In this document: positions 8,903 through 19,222 of the stretch, one piece after another
Layout of the letters: each line of letters begins with the position of its first letter
Position numbering within the stretch: the stretch's first letter is position 1
From: Candidatus Delongbacteria bacterium
GTDB lineage: Bacteria; UBA4055
Assembly: GCA_036721445.1 (NCBI GenBank)
Contig: DAIMKZ010000002.1
Coordinates: 1 to 52,521 of the forward strand
Direction of reading: 5' to 3'
Length of the DNA stretch: 52,521 bases
Made by a program: the position numbers and the translations under genes
Notes under the pieces: model-generated
Database searches by the model: none
The model's input: the letters and a program-made list of their open reading frames with translations, nothing else
What the model was told of the DNA's origin: nothing

Positions 8903-10057
8903 TTATTGCCTGTATTTTGTACCCTTCCATTCGAATCCCGCGAACTTGCTCTTAAGTACTGCGAAAATATTGAACGGTATGTGAAATATCTGTAGAGGTA
9001 TGTAGTATCTTAATTTTAGATCCAGACCGAACTTGCCGAAACCGTAAGCCAGAAAAATAGTTTCAGGTACAAGCTTCATCAGAAAAAGCGCCGCGAAAAG
9101 TTCAGCCGGATAATATCCTGCAACAGTGAGAATGAACGCGGTAAGAAGTCCTGAATAAAAAATGAATGTGTTTATTCCGAAATAAAGTACGAAATCCGAT
9201 GAGTATGTAGCTTTGGAAGCCCATCTTGCCCTCTGTTCCACCAGCCCTTTCAGATCATCTACCGGTACTGTTCTGACTATGCTTTCCCGGTTGAACACGA
9301 ATCTGAGCCTGTAATTACTTTCTTTTGCGGCCTGTATCATAAAAAAATCATCGCCTGAAGCAAGTTCACTCTTAAAATTGTTCTCTTCATTCTGATACAA
9401 AGCTCTTCTTGCAAGAAAATTGCTTCCGTTGGCCGTGAAAGCTCTGCCGTTGCCGATCGAACCTGCGGCGATCAGCGAATGTGAAATATAGTCGATGTTC
9501 TGCATGTTCTGCCATACTTCTTCGAAAATGCCCGAATACTTTTTCTCGAAGACGCTCAGACCGGCCACGATACCTACATTCTCGTTCTTACTTCCCATCA
9601 CAGGAGCCACCAGCGATCTTATCCAGTTCGGATCGTGAACGCAGTCTCCGTCGGTAGTTATAATTATCTCGCTGTCTGTCGATCTGACAGCAGTTAGAAT
9701 GGCGTTCTTCTTTGGCGATATTTTCTTGGATACTTCCTTGATCCTTATCACGCTGAGATTTGAGTAAATCTTCGCTCTTGATTCCATTATATTTCCAGTG
9801 CTGTCTGTCGATCTGTCGTCCACAGCGATCACGTCGAACAGATTAGCGGGATAATTCTGGCTCATGACAGAACTGATGGTATCAGAAATATATTTTTCCT
9901 CATTTCTGGCAGGTATTATTACTGTGACCTTCGGCAGATCACCGTTCTTAATTTCAGGCATTCTGCTTTTCAGTCTGACCAGCCCGGTCCTGAAACTCTC
10001 CACATAAGTCAGATAAATGAACCCCGAGAGAAAAAGTATTACAGTTAAATATATCAT
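8903..10057 (-). CDS. Membrane-embedded family-2 glycosyltransferase of the processive (QxxRW) synthase type
   Basis: 384 aa with an N-terminal TM. GT2 motifs VTVIIPARNEE, VIAVDDRSTD, TTDGDC and QRARW, followed by C-terminal TM helices. Confidence 0.8.
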   Translation of the reverse strand: MIYLTVILFLSGFIYLTYVESFRTGLVRLKSRMPEIKNGDLPKVTVIIPARNEEKYISDTISSVMSQNYPANLFDVIAVDDRSTDSTGNIMESRAKIYSNLSVIRIKEVSKKISPKKNAILTAVRSTDSEIIITTDGDCVHDPNWIRSLVAPVMGSKNENVGIVAGLSVFEKKYSGIFEEVWQNMQNIDYISHSLIAAGSIGNGRAFTANGSNFLARRALYQNEENNFKSELASGDDFFMIQAAKESNYRLRFVFNRESIVRTVPVDDLKGLVEQRARWASKATYSSDFVLYFGINTFIFYSGLLTAFILTVAGYYPAELFAALFLMKLVPETIFLAYGFGKFGLDLKLRYYIPLQIFHIPFNIFAVLKSKFAGFEWKGTKYRQ

Positions 10058-10064
10058 AAACTCC

Positions 10065-10712
10065 CTATATCTGCAGGTGAAGCTGGGGATCTTTTTCGAA
10101 CTTCAGCATGAAACTCATCCTGTGTATCTGACATCTGCCGTACTTTTTTATAGCTTCTATATGTTCTGGTGTAGCATAACCTTTGTTGACCTGGAAATTA
10201 TACTGCGGATAGATCTTCCCGTAGAAATTCATGATCTTGTCTCTTGTAACTTTCGCGAGTATTGATGCCGCCGCTATTGAATACGAAAGGCTGTCGCCCT
10301 TGATTATGCTCATCTGATCCGGTGTGGAAAAAGGCGCGTCCCGGCCGTCAACAAGAATGAAGTCGGGATCAATACTAAGTCTTGCCGCCGCCCTTTTCAT
10401 CGCTTCAAAAGTCGCTCTTAATATGTTGATCTCATCTATTCTTGAATTAGGTATCATTCCTATCCCGTAGCTCAAAGCTCTTTTTCTTATCTCGTAGAAA
10501 AGTTCTTCCCTTTTCTTGGGCGGCACTTTTTTTGAATCGTTGACTCCTTCTATATCAGTACCAGGTTTGAAAATTACCGCAGCGGCTACAACAGGTCCCG
10601 CCAGTGGACCCCTTCCGGCTTCATCAACTCCGGCTATAAGCCTGTAACCCTTCAGATAAAGTTCAGTTTCATATCTGAAAAGATGCCCGTTCCCGAAACA
10701 ATCTTTTTCCAT
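10065..10712 (-). CDS. rnhB: Ribonuclease HII
   Basis: Signature GVDEAGRGPLAGPVVAAAV and a downstream DSKK motif. 215 aa. Confidence 0.9.
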   Translation of the reverse strand: MEKDCFGNGHLFRYETELYLKGYRLIAGVDEAGRGPLAGPVVAAAVIFKPGTDIEGVNDSKKVPPKKREELFYEIRKRALSYGIGMIPNSRIDEINILRATFEAMKRAAARLSIDPDFILVDGRDAPFSTPDQMSIIKGDSLSYSIAAASILAKVTRDKIMNFYGKIYPQYNFQVNKGYATPEHIEAIKKYGRCQIHRMSFMLKFEKDPQLHLQI

Positions 10713-10774
10713 AGCTATAATATAAGAAAATATATCTGCTTAGCAAAGATATTTCAGCGGGATTTATATGATAA

Positions 10775-13700
10775 CTATTTAAACTCTATGCTTTCTTCAC
10801 CGAACATATCTTTAAGACCTTTAATGAACTGAACTGAGCCTGTAACCCTGTATGAGTCTGATTTCAGGTCGAAACTCTCGTTGTTGACAGATATTCTGAA
10901 ATAAAGTTCTTTATTTCCTTTATTGACTGATACAAACTCCAGAAAGTCCTTCGCGGCATCTTCATCGAACTCGGCAGGTTTTATATTTATCCGTATCTTT
11001 TTTGTGCTCGATCCGAATTTTTCAAGAACCTGATCGTATGTAAATATATCTTCAGTGAAGAATTTGAACTCACCGTCCCTTTTTGAGATATTGATCCTGA
11101 GAAAAAAGACTTCACCGGTTTTGATAGTATCCTTATATTTCTCGTACAGCTGGGGAAAGATGGGCATTTCTATATCTTCATACAGCGTTACCATACTGAC
11201 AGTCGCCATCTCTTTTCCCGTTCTCGTAGTTTTTACGGAGATATTCTTTATCAGTCCGCCGAGAGTGATCTTCTCATCATTCGAAAAATTGTCCTGATCG
11301 AGCTTTTTATTTACTGAATACGACCTTAAGACCTCGCTGTATTTATCAAGAGGATGTCCTGAAACATATAATCCTATAAGTTCTTTTTCATTCTCTAAAA
11401 GAAGTGATTTATCCCACTCGTTTACGGCTGGCAGGGGCGGATGCGATACCTTTAATTCCTCATCCGAGGATTCTCCGAACAGACTTATGTCCCAGTCCGC
11501 TTTTTTTGATGCCAGCTGCTGAAAGTGAGGAATAAGAACGTCTAAAGCTTCAGTGATCTGCGATCGGTAATGCCCGAGTGAATCCAGCGCGCCCGCCCTC
11601 GCAAGGTATTCGACTATCCTCCTGTTGACCCTTGACATGTCGGCTCTTTCCAGAAAATCGTAAATATTCTTGAATTTCCCTGTCTTTTCCCTTGTTTCAA
11701 TTATATTTTCGATAGCCTTGCCACCGACATTTTTTATAGCCTGGAGACCGAAGGCGATGGAACCGTCGGAAGTAGGCGCGAAAGTATCCTGACTGAAGTT
11801 CACGTCGGGAGGTACGATCTTTATACTTAAGTTGCCGCATTCCTCAATGTATTTAAGAACATCGTCGGATTTATCCCTCACGCTGTTGAGCATCGCGCTC
11901 ATGAACTCTACCGGATAATTCGCCTTAAGATATGCGGTCTGATACGAAACATAAGCATAACACACCGAATGAGATTTATTAAAAGCGTATTCAGCGAAGT
12001 TTTCCCAGTCCGACCATATTTTCCTGCTCAGAGAGTCAATGTCGGGGCACTCTTTTGTAGGCTTGAACTGGTCGGTGAAATTTTTGTTTGATGCGCATCC
12101 TGATATGAATTTTTCTTTGAGCTTATCCATCATCGATCTGATCTTCTTGCCCATAGCTTTTCTTAAACTGTCCGACTCGCCGCGCGTAAATCCGGCAAGC
12201 TCTCTGGCGAGAAGCATGACCTGTTCCTGATAGACAGTTATCCCGTATGTGTCTTTCAGATTTTTTTCCATAAGAGGATGATCGTATGATATAGGTTTAC
12301 GGCCGTGTTTTCTGTCTATAAAATCAGGTATATACTGCATAGGACCTGGCCTGTAAAGCGCGTTCATAGCCACAAGGTCCTCAAATCTGTTGGGTTTAAG
12401 GTCTTTCAAATACTTTTTCATTCCGTCGGATTCGAACTGGAATACTCCGTTAGTCATTCCTTTAGAATATAACCTGAATGTCTTTTTGTCGTTGAAAGGA
12501 ATGCTGTCGATATTGATATCAACGCCTCTGTATTTTTTTATAAAATCAACAGCCTGAGCTATGATCGTCAGGTTCCTTATCCCTAAAAAATCCATCTTTA
12601 AAAGTCCGATCTTGTCGAGCTGAGTTCCTTCGTACTGCGTTATTACCGTGTCTTTTTCCCGCGGAGGGTACTGAAGCGGTACAGTCTCGGAAACCGGCGT
12701 ACCGCTTATTATGACCGCGCAGGCGTGGGTACCCGTGCCCCTTATCGTACCTTCTATTCTGTTAGCCATATCTATAAGATTTCTGTACTCAGGATTATCT
12801 TCATAGAATTTTTTAAATTCCTTTTCTTTAAGCGAAGCTTCAATGGTCGTGCCGGGCCTTCCTGAAATGAGATTGGATATTTTGTTCACATCGTCTAGAG
12901 GAACGTTCATGACCCTCCCGATGTCGCGGATGGAATTCTTGGCTCCCATGGTCTGGTAAGTTACAACCTGGACAACATTGTCAGTACCGTATTTCTTCCT
13001 TACATAATCCAGCACTTTTTCTCTTTTGTCATCCTGGAAATCGATATCGATATCAGGCATGGATATCCTGTCGGGATTTAGAAATCTTTCGAACAGGAGA
13101 CCGTACTTAAGCGGGTCAATGTTCGTTATGCCTGTCAGAAATGAAATTATAGAACCTGCGGCCGAACCTCTTCCCGGACCGACTAACACTCCGTTGTTCT
13201 TTGCCCAGTTCACGAAATCCTGAACTATCAGAAAATAACCTGGAAATCCCATCTTTTTGACAACATCGAGCTCAAAATCGAGACTGTCGATAATGTCACC
13301 GACGGGCATGGGAAGGTCCTTTTCGAGACCTTTAGCTACAGTAATGTTCTTCTCCTCCCTTACAATTCCATATCTCGACTGAAGACCTTTGTTGCACAAC
13401 ATCTTAAGATATTCATCTTCAGTATAACTCCCGGGACAATCGTACTTGGGCAAAAGATTCTGATCGAATTCAAGTTCGAGATCGCACAAATCCGCGATTT
13501 TTACTGTATTTGACAGAGCTTCCGGTGTTTCCCTGAAATGCTTTTCCATTTCTTCCGTCGAAAGTATCGAATAATCCCCGTCGAGCATACACATCCTGCC
13601 GTCTCTCTCGCTTATCTGCTTGTTAGTATTAATACAGATAAGAGCATCCTGTATCGCCGCGTCATCTTTACATACATAATGCGAGTCGTTCGTCGCAACA

Positions 13701-14293
13701 AGACCGATATCAAGCTCTTCTGAGAGTTTTATAAGACCCCGGTTCGCTTTTTCCTGTTCCTCAATATCAGGATGATGCTGAAGTTCAAGATAGAAATTAT
13801 CCTTCCCGAAAACGCCTTTGTACCAGAGGGCTGCATTCTTAGCCTTCTCATTATCTCCTCCGATCAGTGCTGAAGGTACCTCGCCGGCTATACAGGCTGT
13901 TAACGCAATAAGGCCGTCGGAGTTATCTTTGAGAATGTTGCGATCTATCCTCGGCTTTGAGTAGAATCCCCTAAGATTGGCTTCCGTTGTCAGTTTCAGA
14001 AGATTTTTATATCCTGCTTTATTTTTTGCAAGAAGGACAAGGTGGTGTTTTTTTTCATTTTTGTCTTTTAATCCCATATCATCAACGATGTAGAACTCGC
14101 AACCGATTATCGGTTTGATTTTTGCCTTTAAGGCTTCCTGATAAAAATCGATCGCGCCCATCATGTTTCCGTGATCTGTGATCGCCATTGCTTTCTGGCC
14201 GAGCTCTTTTGCTCTTTTCACCATATCTTTAGGTTTTGACAGTCCGTCCAGAATGGAATAGTGCGAGTGGTTGTGAAGATGAACAAAGGACAT
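10775..14293 (-). CDS. dnaE: DNA polymerase III alpha subunit
   Basis: 1172 aa. PHP domain start FVHLHNHSHYSILDG, a polymerase core (GPGRGSAAGS, MPDIDIDF) and a C-terminal OB-fold region. Confidence 0.97.
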   Translation of the reverse strand: MSFVHLHNHSHYSILDGLSKPKDMVKRAKELGQKAMAITDHGNMMGAIDFYQEALKAKIKPIIGCEFYIVDDMGLKDKNEKKHHLVLLAKNKAGYKNLLKLTTEANLRGFYSKPRIDRNILKDNSDGLIALTACIAGEVPSALIGGDNEKAKNAALWYKGVFGKDNFYLELQHHPDIEEQEKANRGLIKLSEELDIGLVATNDSHYVCKDDAAIQDALICINTNKQISERDGRMCMLDGDYSILSTEEMEKHFRETPEALSNTVKIADLCDLELEFDQNLLPKYDCPGSYTEDEYLKMLCNKGLQSRYGIVREEKNITVAKGLEKDLPMPVGDIIDSLDFELDVVKKMGFPGYFLIVQDFVNWAKNNGVLVGPGRGSAAGSIISFLTGITNIDPLKYGLLFERFLNPDRISMPDIDIDFQDDKREKVLDYVRKKYGTDNVVQVVTYQTMGAKNSIRDIGRVMNVPLDDVNKISNLISGRPGTTIEASLKEKEFKKFYEDNPEYRNLIDMANRIEGTIRGTGTHACAVIISGTPVSETVPLQYPPREKDTVITQYEGTQLDKIGLLKMDFLGIRNLTIIAQAVDFIKKYRGVDINIDSIPFNDKKTFRLYSKGMTNGVFQFESDGMKKYLKDLKPNRFEDLVAMNALYRPGPMQYIPDFIDRKHGRKPISYDHPLMEKNLKDTYGITVYQEQVMLLARELAGFTRGESDSLRKAMGKKIRSMMDKLKEKFISGCASNKNFTDQFKPTKECPDIDSLSRKIWSDWENFAEYAFNKSHSVCYAYVSYQTAYLKANYPVEFMSAMLNSVRDKSDDVLKYIEECGNLSIKIVPPDVNFSQDTFAPTSDGSIAFGLQAIKNVGGKAIENIIETREKTGKFKNIYDFLERADMSRVNRRIVEYLARAGALDSLGHYRSQITEALDVLIPHFQQLASKKADWDISLFGESSDEELKVSHPPLPAVNEWDKSLLLENEKELIGLYVSGHPLDKYSEVLRSYSVNKKLDQDNFSNDEKITLGGLIKNISVKTTRTGKEMATVSMVTLYEDIEMPIFPQLYEKYKDTIKTGEVFFLRINISKRDGEFKFFTEDIFTYDQVLEKFGSSTKKIRINIKPAEFDEDAAKDFLEFVSVNKGNKELYFRISVNNESFDLKSDSYRVTGSVQFIKGLKDMFGEESIEFK

Positions 14294-14570
14294 TAATATT
14301 ACCTTTCATGCTTATGTATTATATTATTTTTCAAAAACACAATATATTGTTGTCGTCATCCGTTTCAGACACAACCTGTTGTGTTCTGCATTTCACTGAA
14401 TTTAGGTTATTCAACGGTTATTCACAAATAAAAAAATACAAATTTTTGTACTTGTAACCTCTCCTGAAAGCCTTAATTCCACAAAGCACATCGGTCATGA
14501 TTAACTTATTTTACATTTAATATCTTTTTCGTCACTTACAGAACCATAAAACAGACAGGCATATTTTTAG

Positions 14571-16004
14571 CTAAACTTTAAGCTCAAAATTCTGAGGCTC
14601 GGATATAAGGTCTTTTATAAGCGGATCTACCGTGTTCTCTATGAATTCAATTACCTGTCCCGGAGCTCTTCCCACATAAAGCGACGGGTCTGTCATTCTG
14701 TTAAGCTCTTCCAGATCAAGTCCGAAAGTTTTATCCGCTGCGATAAGTTCCAGAAGGTTGTTCTCCAGGCCGAGTTCCTTGACGTTCCTGCCCGCCTCCA
14801 TCGAAAGTTCTCTTATCCTCTCATGAAGTTCCTGCCTGTCGCCGCCCTTTCTTACCGCGTTCATTATTATATTCTCCGTTGCCATGAAAGGTATCTCAGC
14901 TTTGATTCTCTTTTCGATCTGTTTGGGATATACTACAAGTCCGTCGAAAATGTTGTTAAGTATGATCAGTACTGCGTCCGCGGCGAGGAAGGCTTCCGGA
15001 ATAGCGAGCCGCTTGTTTGCGCTGTCGTCGAGCGTGCGCTCGAACCACTGGGTAGCGGATGTCATAGCTGTCGATGAGTGAAGGGACATTATATATTTCG
15101 ACAGCGAAGCCACTCTCTCGGAGCGCATCGGGTTGCGCTTGTACGCCATCGCGGACGAGCCTATCTGGCTCTTCTCGAACGGCTCCTCGATCTCTTTCAA
15201 ATTCTGAAGCAGCCTGATGTCGTTCGTGGTCTTATGAGCCGACTGTGCGAGAGACGAAAGTACACCCATTATCCTGGAATCGAGCTTTCTTGTGTATGTC
15301 TGTCCTGTGATAATGAATTTGGCGGAAAAACCTGTTTTTTCCGTTACCATATCATCGAGCTTTTTCACTTTTTCTTCATCATTGTCGAACAACTCCATGA
15401 AAGACGCCTGTGTTCCTGTGGTACCTTTAACTCCCCTGAATTTGAGGGTAGAAAGACAGAAATCTATCTCTTCAAGGTCAAGTACGAACTCGTTCATCCA
15501 GAGACACGCTCTTTTGCCGACTGTAGTCAGCTGGGCTGCCTGAAAATGAGTGAACCCGAGCGCAGGTCTGTCTTTTTCATTCAGCGCAAAATCTTTCATC
15601 TTACTAAGAAGCGATACAAGTTTCATTCTGATATTGTTCAGGGCTTCTCTGTATTGTATAATATCCGTATTGTCTCCTACATAAGCTGAAGTAGCTCCGA
15701 GATGGATGATCCCTTTTGCTAACGGGCACTGCAATCCGTATGCGTGTACATGGCTCATCACGTCATGCCTTACTACCTTTTCTCTCGCTTCAGCTTCTTC
15801 GAAATTTATGTTATCTGCATTCTTTTTTAGCTCTTCGATCTGTTCCTGAGTTATATTTAATCCGAGTTCCTTTTCGGCTTCAGCGAGAGCGATCCACAGC
15901 TTTCTCCATGTCCTGAATTTGAATTCAGGGCTGAATATGTAGCTCATTTCTTTTGATGAATATCTTTCTGTCAGCGGATTGGAATAGGTCGTTCTGTCTT
16001 TCAT
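14571..16004 (-). CDS. purB: Adenylosuccinate lyase
   Basis: 477 aa. Fumarate-lyase signature [15 protein letters not shown] and the typical N-terminus [17 protein letters not shown]. Confidence 0.95.
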   Translation of the reverse strand: MKDRTTYSNPLTERYSSKEMSYIFSPEFKFRTWRKLWIALAEAEKELGLNITQEQIEELKKNADNINFEEAEAREKVVRHDVMSHVHAYGLQCPLAKGIIHLGATSAYVGDNTDIIQYREALNNIRMKLVSLLSKMKDFALNEKDRPALGFTHFQAAQLTTVGKRACLWMNEFVLDLEEIDFCLSTLKFRGVKGTTGTQASFMELFDNDEEKVKKLDDMVTEKTGFSAKFIITGQTYTRKLDSRIMGVLSSLAQSAHKTTNDIRLLQNLKEIEEPFEKSQIGSSAMAYKRNPMRSERVASLSKYIMSLHSSTAMTSATQWFERTLDDSANKRLAIPEAFLAADAVLIILNNIFDGLVVYPKQIEKRIKAEIPFMATENIIMNAVRKGGDRQELHERIRELSMEAGRNVKELGLENNLLELIAADKTFGLDLEELNRMTDPSLYVGRAPGQVIEFIENTVDPLIKDLISEPQNFELKV

Positions 16005-16079
16005 TTTTAAGTCCCCGGTTTTAATCTTTTCAACGAATTACAAATTTAAGAAATTTTTATCCGGATTGAAACAAAATAC

Positions 16080-16108
16080 TTGACAACATGTTTTGATTTT
16101 CTTAAATT
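16080..16108 (+). promoter_or_regulatory. Candidate sigma70-type promoter for the TPR operon
   Basis: TTGACA (16080-16085), 17-nt spacer, TAAATT (16103-16108), about 55 nt upstream of ATG 16163. Pattern match only. Confidence 0.3.
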
Positions 16109-16162
16109 ACTTTAAATTTTAAAGTTCTTTAAATATAAACAAAAAAAACAACGGGGAAACAA

Positions 16163-17032
16163 ATGAAGATGAAACTGATAATGGCAATGGTACTGGGGTT
16201 AATGATCACAATGTCCGCCGCCAAAGGATCGGAAGAAATGAAAAAAGGGAAATTATTCTATTCGGACGGCAAATACGACCTTGCCATTGAATGGTTCGAA
16301 AAAGCGCTCGAGAAGGAAAAAGAAAGCTCGGTACTGTATCTCTGGCTGGCTAAAGCTTATCTGGCCGACATGGAGAACGTCAACTTCTTTACCAAGGGAA
16401 TGTATTCCTCAGATATAAGGAAGTATCTGAAACTGAGCATTGAAAAGGACCCGAAGAATATTGAGGCATATAATTATCTCGCTTCATATTATTTTAACGC
16501 ACCCGCCATAGGCGGCGGTGACAAAGACGAGGCATGGAAGCTCGCAGAACAGATCTCAAAACTCTCCCCTTCCGACGGACACGAAATAAAAGGAAGGTTC
16601 TACTCTCAGGAAAAGCTGTACGACAAGGCTCTCGCCGAATATGACGGTCTTATTGATAAAGATAATAAGAATACTCACGCGTATTACCTTAAAGGAATAT
16701 TATATCAGGAAATGAAAGACTATGATAAGGCTTTCGGATCTTTCGAAGCCGCTTTGAGTATCGACCCTTCGGCTCTTGAATCGCTTTATCAGGTGGGAAG
16801 AACCGCCGTATTCTCAGGTCAGAACCTTGACAGGGGCATCGAATGCCTTACCGAATATCTTAAGCACGAACCGGATAAAACACTTCCTCAGCACGAGAGC
16901 GTTTACTGGAGACTTGCTATGATATATCAGCTTAAGAAAGATAATGTTAAAGCAAAAGAGATGATCGGGAAAGCTATTGCGATAAATCCGCAAAATGAGG
17001 ACTATAAAAAACTGCTGAAAGAATTAAACTAA
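16163..17032 (+). CDS. Secreted TPR-repeat protein
   Basis: Signal peptide MKMKLIMAMVLGLMITMSAAKG. Repeated 34-aa TPR-like units (YDLAIEWFEKAL, YDKALAEYDGLI, YDKAFGSFEAAL, AKEMIGKAIAINP). Confidence 0.7.
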   Translation: MKMKLIMAMVLGLMITMSAAKGSEEMKKGKLFYSDGKYDLAIEWFEKALEKEKESSVLYLWLAKAYLADMENVNFFTKGMYSSDIRKYLKLSIEKDPKNIEAYNYLASYYFNAPAIGGGDKDEAWKLAEQISKLSPSDGHEIKGRFYSQEKLYDKALAEYDGLIDKDNKNTHAYYLKGILYQEMKDYDKAFGSFEAALSIDPSALESLYQVGRTAVFSGQNLDRGIECLTEYLKHEPDKTLPQHESVYWRLAMIYQLKKDNVKAKEMIGKAIAINPQNEDYKKLLKELN

Positions 17033-17043
17033 AGGAAAACCGA

Positions 17044-18222
17044 ATGAAAATCACAACTTTATTATTAACAGCCGTCATCATTACTCTGATATCCTGTTCG
17101 TCGGAAAAGCCCTACACGGAATCTATACAGAACGGGGTCAAAGTGATCGAGAACGAAAAGACCGGAATATCTCCCGACTTCAAATTCAGCTTAAAGGAAC
17201 TATACACGATTCAGAACTCTGAGACGGACACTTCTTTCGTGCTTAACTTTCCGGGCGACAGATCCAATCTGAACTCCGATCTCGACAGTAAAGGTAATCT
17301 GTTCGTCGTTGACAATAAAAGATCTCTGATACTAAAATTCGATAATAAAGGTAAATTCATTTCATCATTCGGAGGAAAAGGACAGGGACCGGGCGAATTT
17401 CCGAGAAATCCTGTCGACATCAGCGTCATGGAAGATCAGAATAAGATCTATGTTTTCGACGGATCCGGAAGGCTTACGGAATTTGATATGGAAGGCAAGT
17501 TCATAATTTTCCATAACATTTCAAGCCGCAGCGTCAGAGCAATGAATTTCTATATGACCGTTTCCGGACCGCTTTTCGGCTGCGAAGCTTATGAAGGCCA
17601 GTGGGGAACGAGCGAGTTCAAAATGGGTCAGTGCCTTTATAACGGTTCGGAAGGTTTCGATATCAAAAACAAGCTTTACGGAAATATGAAAGAATTCGAC
17701 ATTAAAAAGATCGATGCCGACGATCAGGGAATAATTTCCGCAATAAAAGGTAATGATATCTTCATAGCCGACGTCTCGAAATCCGAATACATTATTCATA
17801 AGGTCGGTTACTCCGGTGAAAAGATACTGGATATAAGGAAAAAATACGCGCCGGTCCGCAGATCGAAAGAGGATATGGAAGGGATCCAGGATGCCCTCGA
17901 CAAGTTCACAAGAAGCACCGGAGGAATGATCGAATTCAAACCTGTTTCGAACCTGAAAAGCGTTGTGACCCAGATGTTCGTCGACGGAAAAGACAATTTA
18001 TGGGCAGGTGTGAACGAAAGTCTCTTCAACGATGAAGGACAGGAATTCGATATTTTCGATAAAGACGGCAGGTTCCTCAAAAGAGTGTTCGTTCCCGAGC
18101 TGACCGGACTTAAGATAAGGTCTAAAGGAAAATATATTATAGCTTCGACGCCGATCGAACAGAATTATTCCGAGGACGGAAAAGCCGACATCATAATAAA
18201 AGTATTTGAACTTAACCTGTAA
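17044..18222 (+). CDS. 6-bladed beta-propeller (NHL-like) lipoprotein
   Basis: Lipobox LISCSS. FGGKGQGPGEFPRNPVDISV is the G-GPGEF motif typical of this propeller family. Repeated blade-like segments. Confidence 0.6.
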   Translation: MKITTLLLTAVIITLISCSSEKPYTESIQNGVKVIENEKTGISPDFKFSLKELYTIQNSETDTSFVLNFPGDRSNLNSDLDSKGNLFVVDNKRSLILKFDNKGKFISSFGGKGQGPGEFPRNPVDISVMEDQNKIYVFDGSGRLTEFDMEGKFIIFHNISSRSVRAMNFYMTVSGPLFGCEAYEGQWGTSEFKMGQCLYNGSEGFDIKNKLYGNMKEFDIKKIDADDQGIISAIKGNDIFIADVSKSEYIIHKVGYSGEKILDIRKKYAPVRRSKEDMEGIQDALDKFTRSTGGMIEFKPVSNLKSVVTQMFVDGKDNLWAGVNESLFNDEGQEFDIFDKDGRFLKRVFVPELTGLKIRSKGKYIIASTPIEQNYSEDGKADIIIKVFELNL

Positions 18223-18232
18223 GGAATTTAAA

Positions 18233-18868
18233 ATGGAAAACAAAGCAAAAGCGGAACTGGAACTTGAATTTATCAGCAGTATAATCCGGGATACGAGAAA
18301 GAAAATTGATGACAGCGGACTCTCGGGTGCCGTATGGGGATCACTGGTAGTTATCGGGGTAATGGTGAACTACATAAGCGGGTTAACGCACAACTGGAGC
18401 TACGCTCTTTACGTATGGGGAGTCCTCCTTGCCGCAGGATGGATATATTCATTCCTGAAATTCAGAAATACGAGAAAGAACAGCATTCCGGAAACCTTCG
18501 GTTTAAAGATACAGAACGCTTTATGGAGAGCTTCAGGGATCGCAATGACATTAATAGGTATTGTCTGCAGCGTACAGTTCAAACGCGAAGTTTCAGATAT
18601 GGTACCTTACTCATACATCATCAATTCAATGGCTATCGCGCCTCTTATCTCGTTTATTCTAGGTACGGCTTACTATGTTACAGGTTATATTAATGACTGC
18701 AAATATACTACACGATTAGCTTACGGCTGGTGGACCGGCGGGGTCATTATTTTCTATATGAAAAGCTATAACACTTTCCCTGTCTTTGCTCTTATGACGA
18801 TACTTTTTCAGATCGTACCGGCACTCAGATATTATAAAAGGTCGAAAATGAATTCAGCAGGTAAATAG
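18233..18868 (+). CDS. Integral membrane protein (about 6 TM), unknown function
   Basis: ATG 18233 lies 10 nt after the upstream stop. Six hydrophobic helices. The stop is 1 nt before the HTH gene. Confidence 0.55.
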   Translation: MENKAKAELELEFISSIIRDTRKKIDDSGLSGAVWGSLVVIGVMVNYISGLTHNWSYALYVWGVLLAAGWIYSFLKFRNTRKNSIPETFGLKIQNALWRASGIAMTLIGIVCSVQFKREVSDMVPYSYIINSMAIAPLISFILGTAYYVTGYINDCKYTTRLAYGWWTGGVIIFYMKSYNTFPVFALMTILFQIVPALRYYKRSKMNSAGK

Positions 18869-18869
18869 T

Positions 18870-19172
18870 ATGACTTCCTCCGAATTTGACTATACCCTGT
18901 TAGACGACATCATTCATTCGAGGATCAGGCTTGCTATAATCTCCGTCCTTATCAGCGTCGAGGAAGCCGACTTTAATTTCCTGAAGCAGAATGTCAATGC
19001 TACAGACGGGAACCTGAGCATTCATCTCAAAAAGATCGAAGAAGCAGGTTACCTTACTGCGGAAAAAACTTTCATAGACAGAAAGCCGAACACGAAGTAC
19101 AGGCTGACAGAAGCAGGAAGAGAAGCGTTCGAAAAGTATGTCGAAAGGCTTGAAAAGATGCTGGGCAGATAA
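18870..19172 (+). CDS. Small winged-helix transcriptional regulator (HTH_34/ArsR-like)
   Basis: 100 aa. IHSRIRLAIISVL...FNFLKQNVNATDGNLSIHLKKIEEAGYLTAEK..KPNTKYRLTEAGREAF is the typical wHTH layout. Confidence 0.7.
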   Translation: MTSSEFDYTLLDDIIHSRIRLAIISVLISVEEADFNFLKQNVNATDGNLSIHLKKIEEAGYLTAEKTFIDRKPNTKYRLTEAGREAFEKYVERLEKMLGR

Positions 19173-19203
19173 AAAAAAGGGTGAATAAATGTTCACCCTT
19201 TTG
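19172..19203. terminator. Bidirectional intrinsic terminator between the HTH gene and rocD
   Basis: AAAAAAAAGGGTGAA-taaatg-TTCACCCTTTT: a GC-containing 9-bp stem flanked by an A-run on one side and a T-run on the other. Confidence 0.75.
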
Positions 19204-19222
19204 CGTATTTAACATTGTATCA

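Noticed and set aside
14294-14570. 277-bp dnaE-purB spacer as a possible ncRNA or terminator (hairpin 14366-14388; AT-rich palindrome 14437-14450)
   Set aside because: The GC-containing hairpin lacks a U-tract on the minus strand. The palindrome TACAAAttTTTGTA has too small a loop and is all A/T. There is no recognisable RNA family signature.
15078-15689. 203-aa plus-strand ORF
   Set aside because: Antisense to purB, whose frame carries the fumarate-lyase signature. Spurious.
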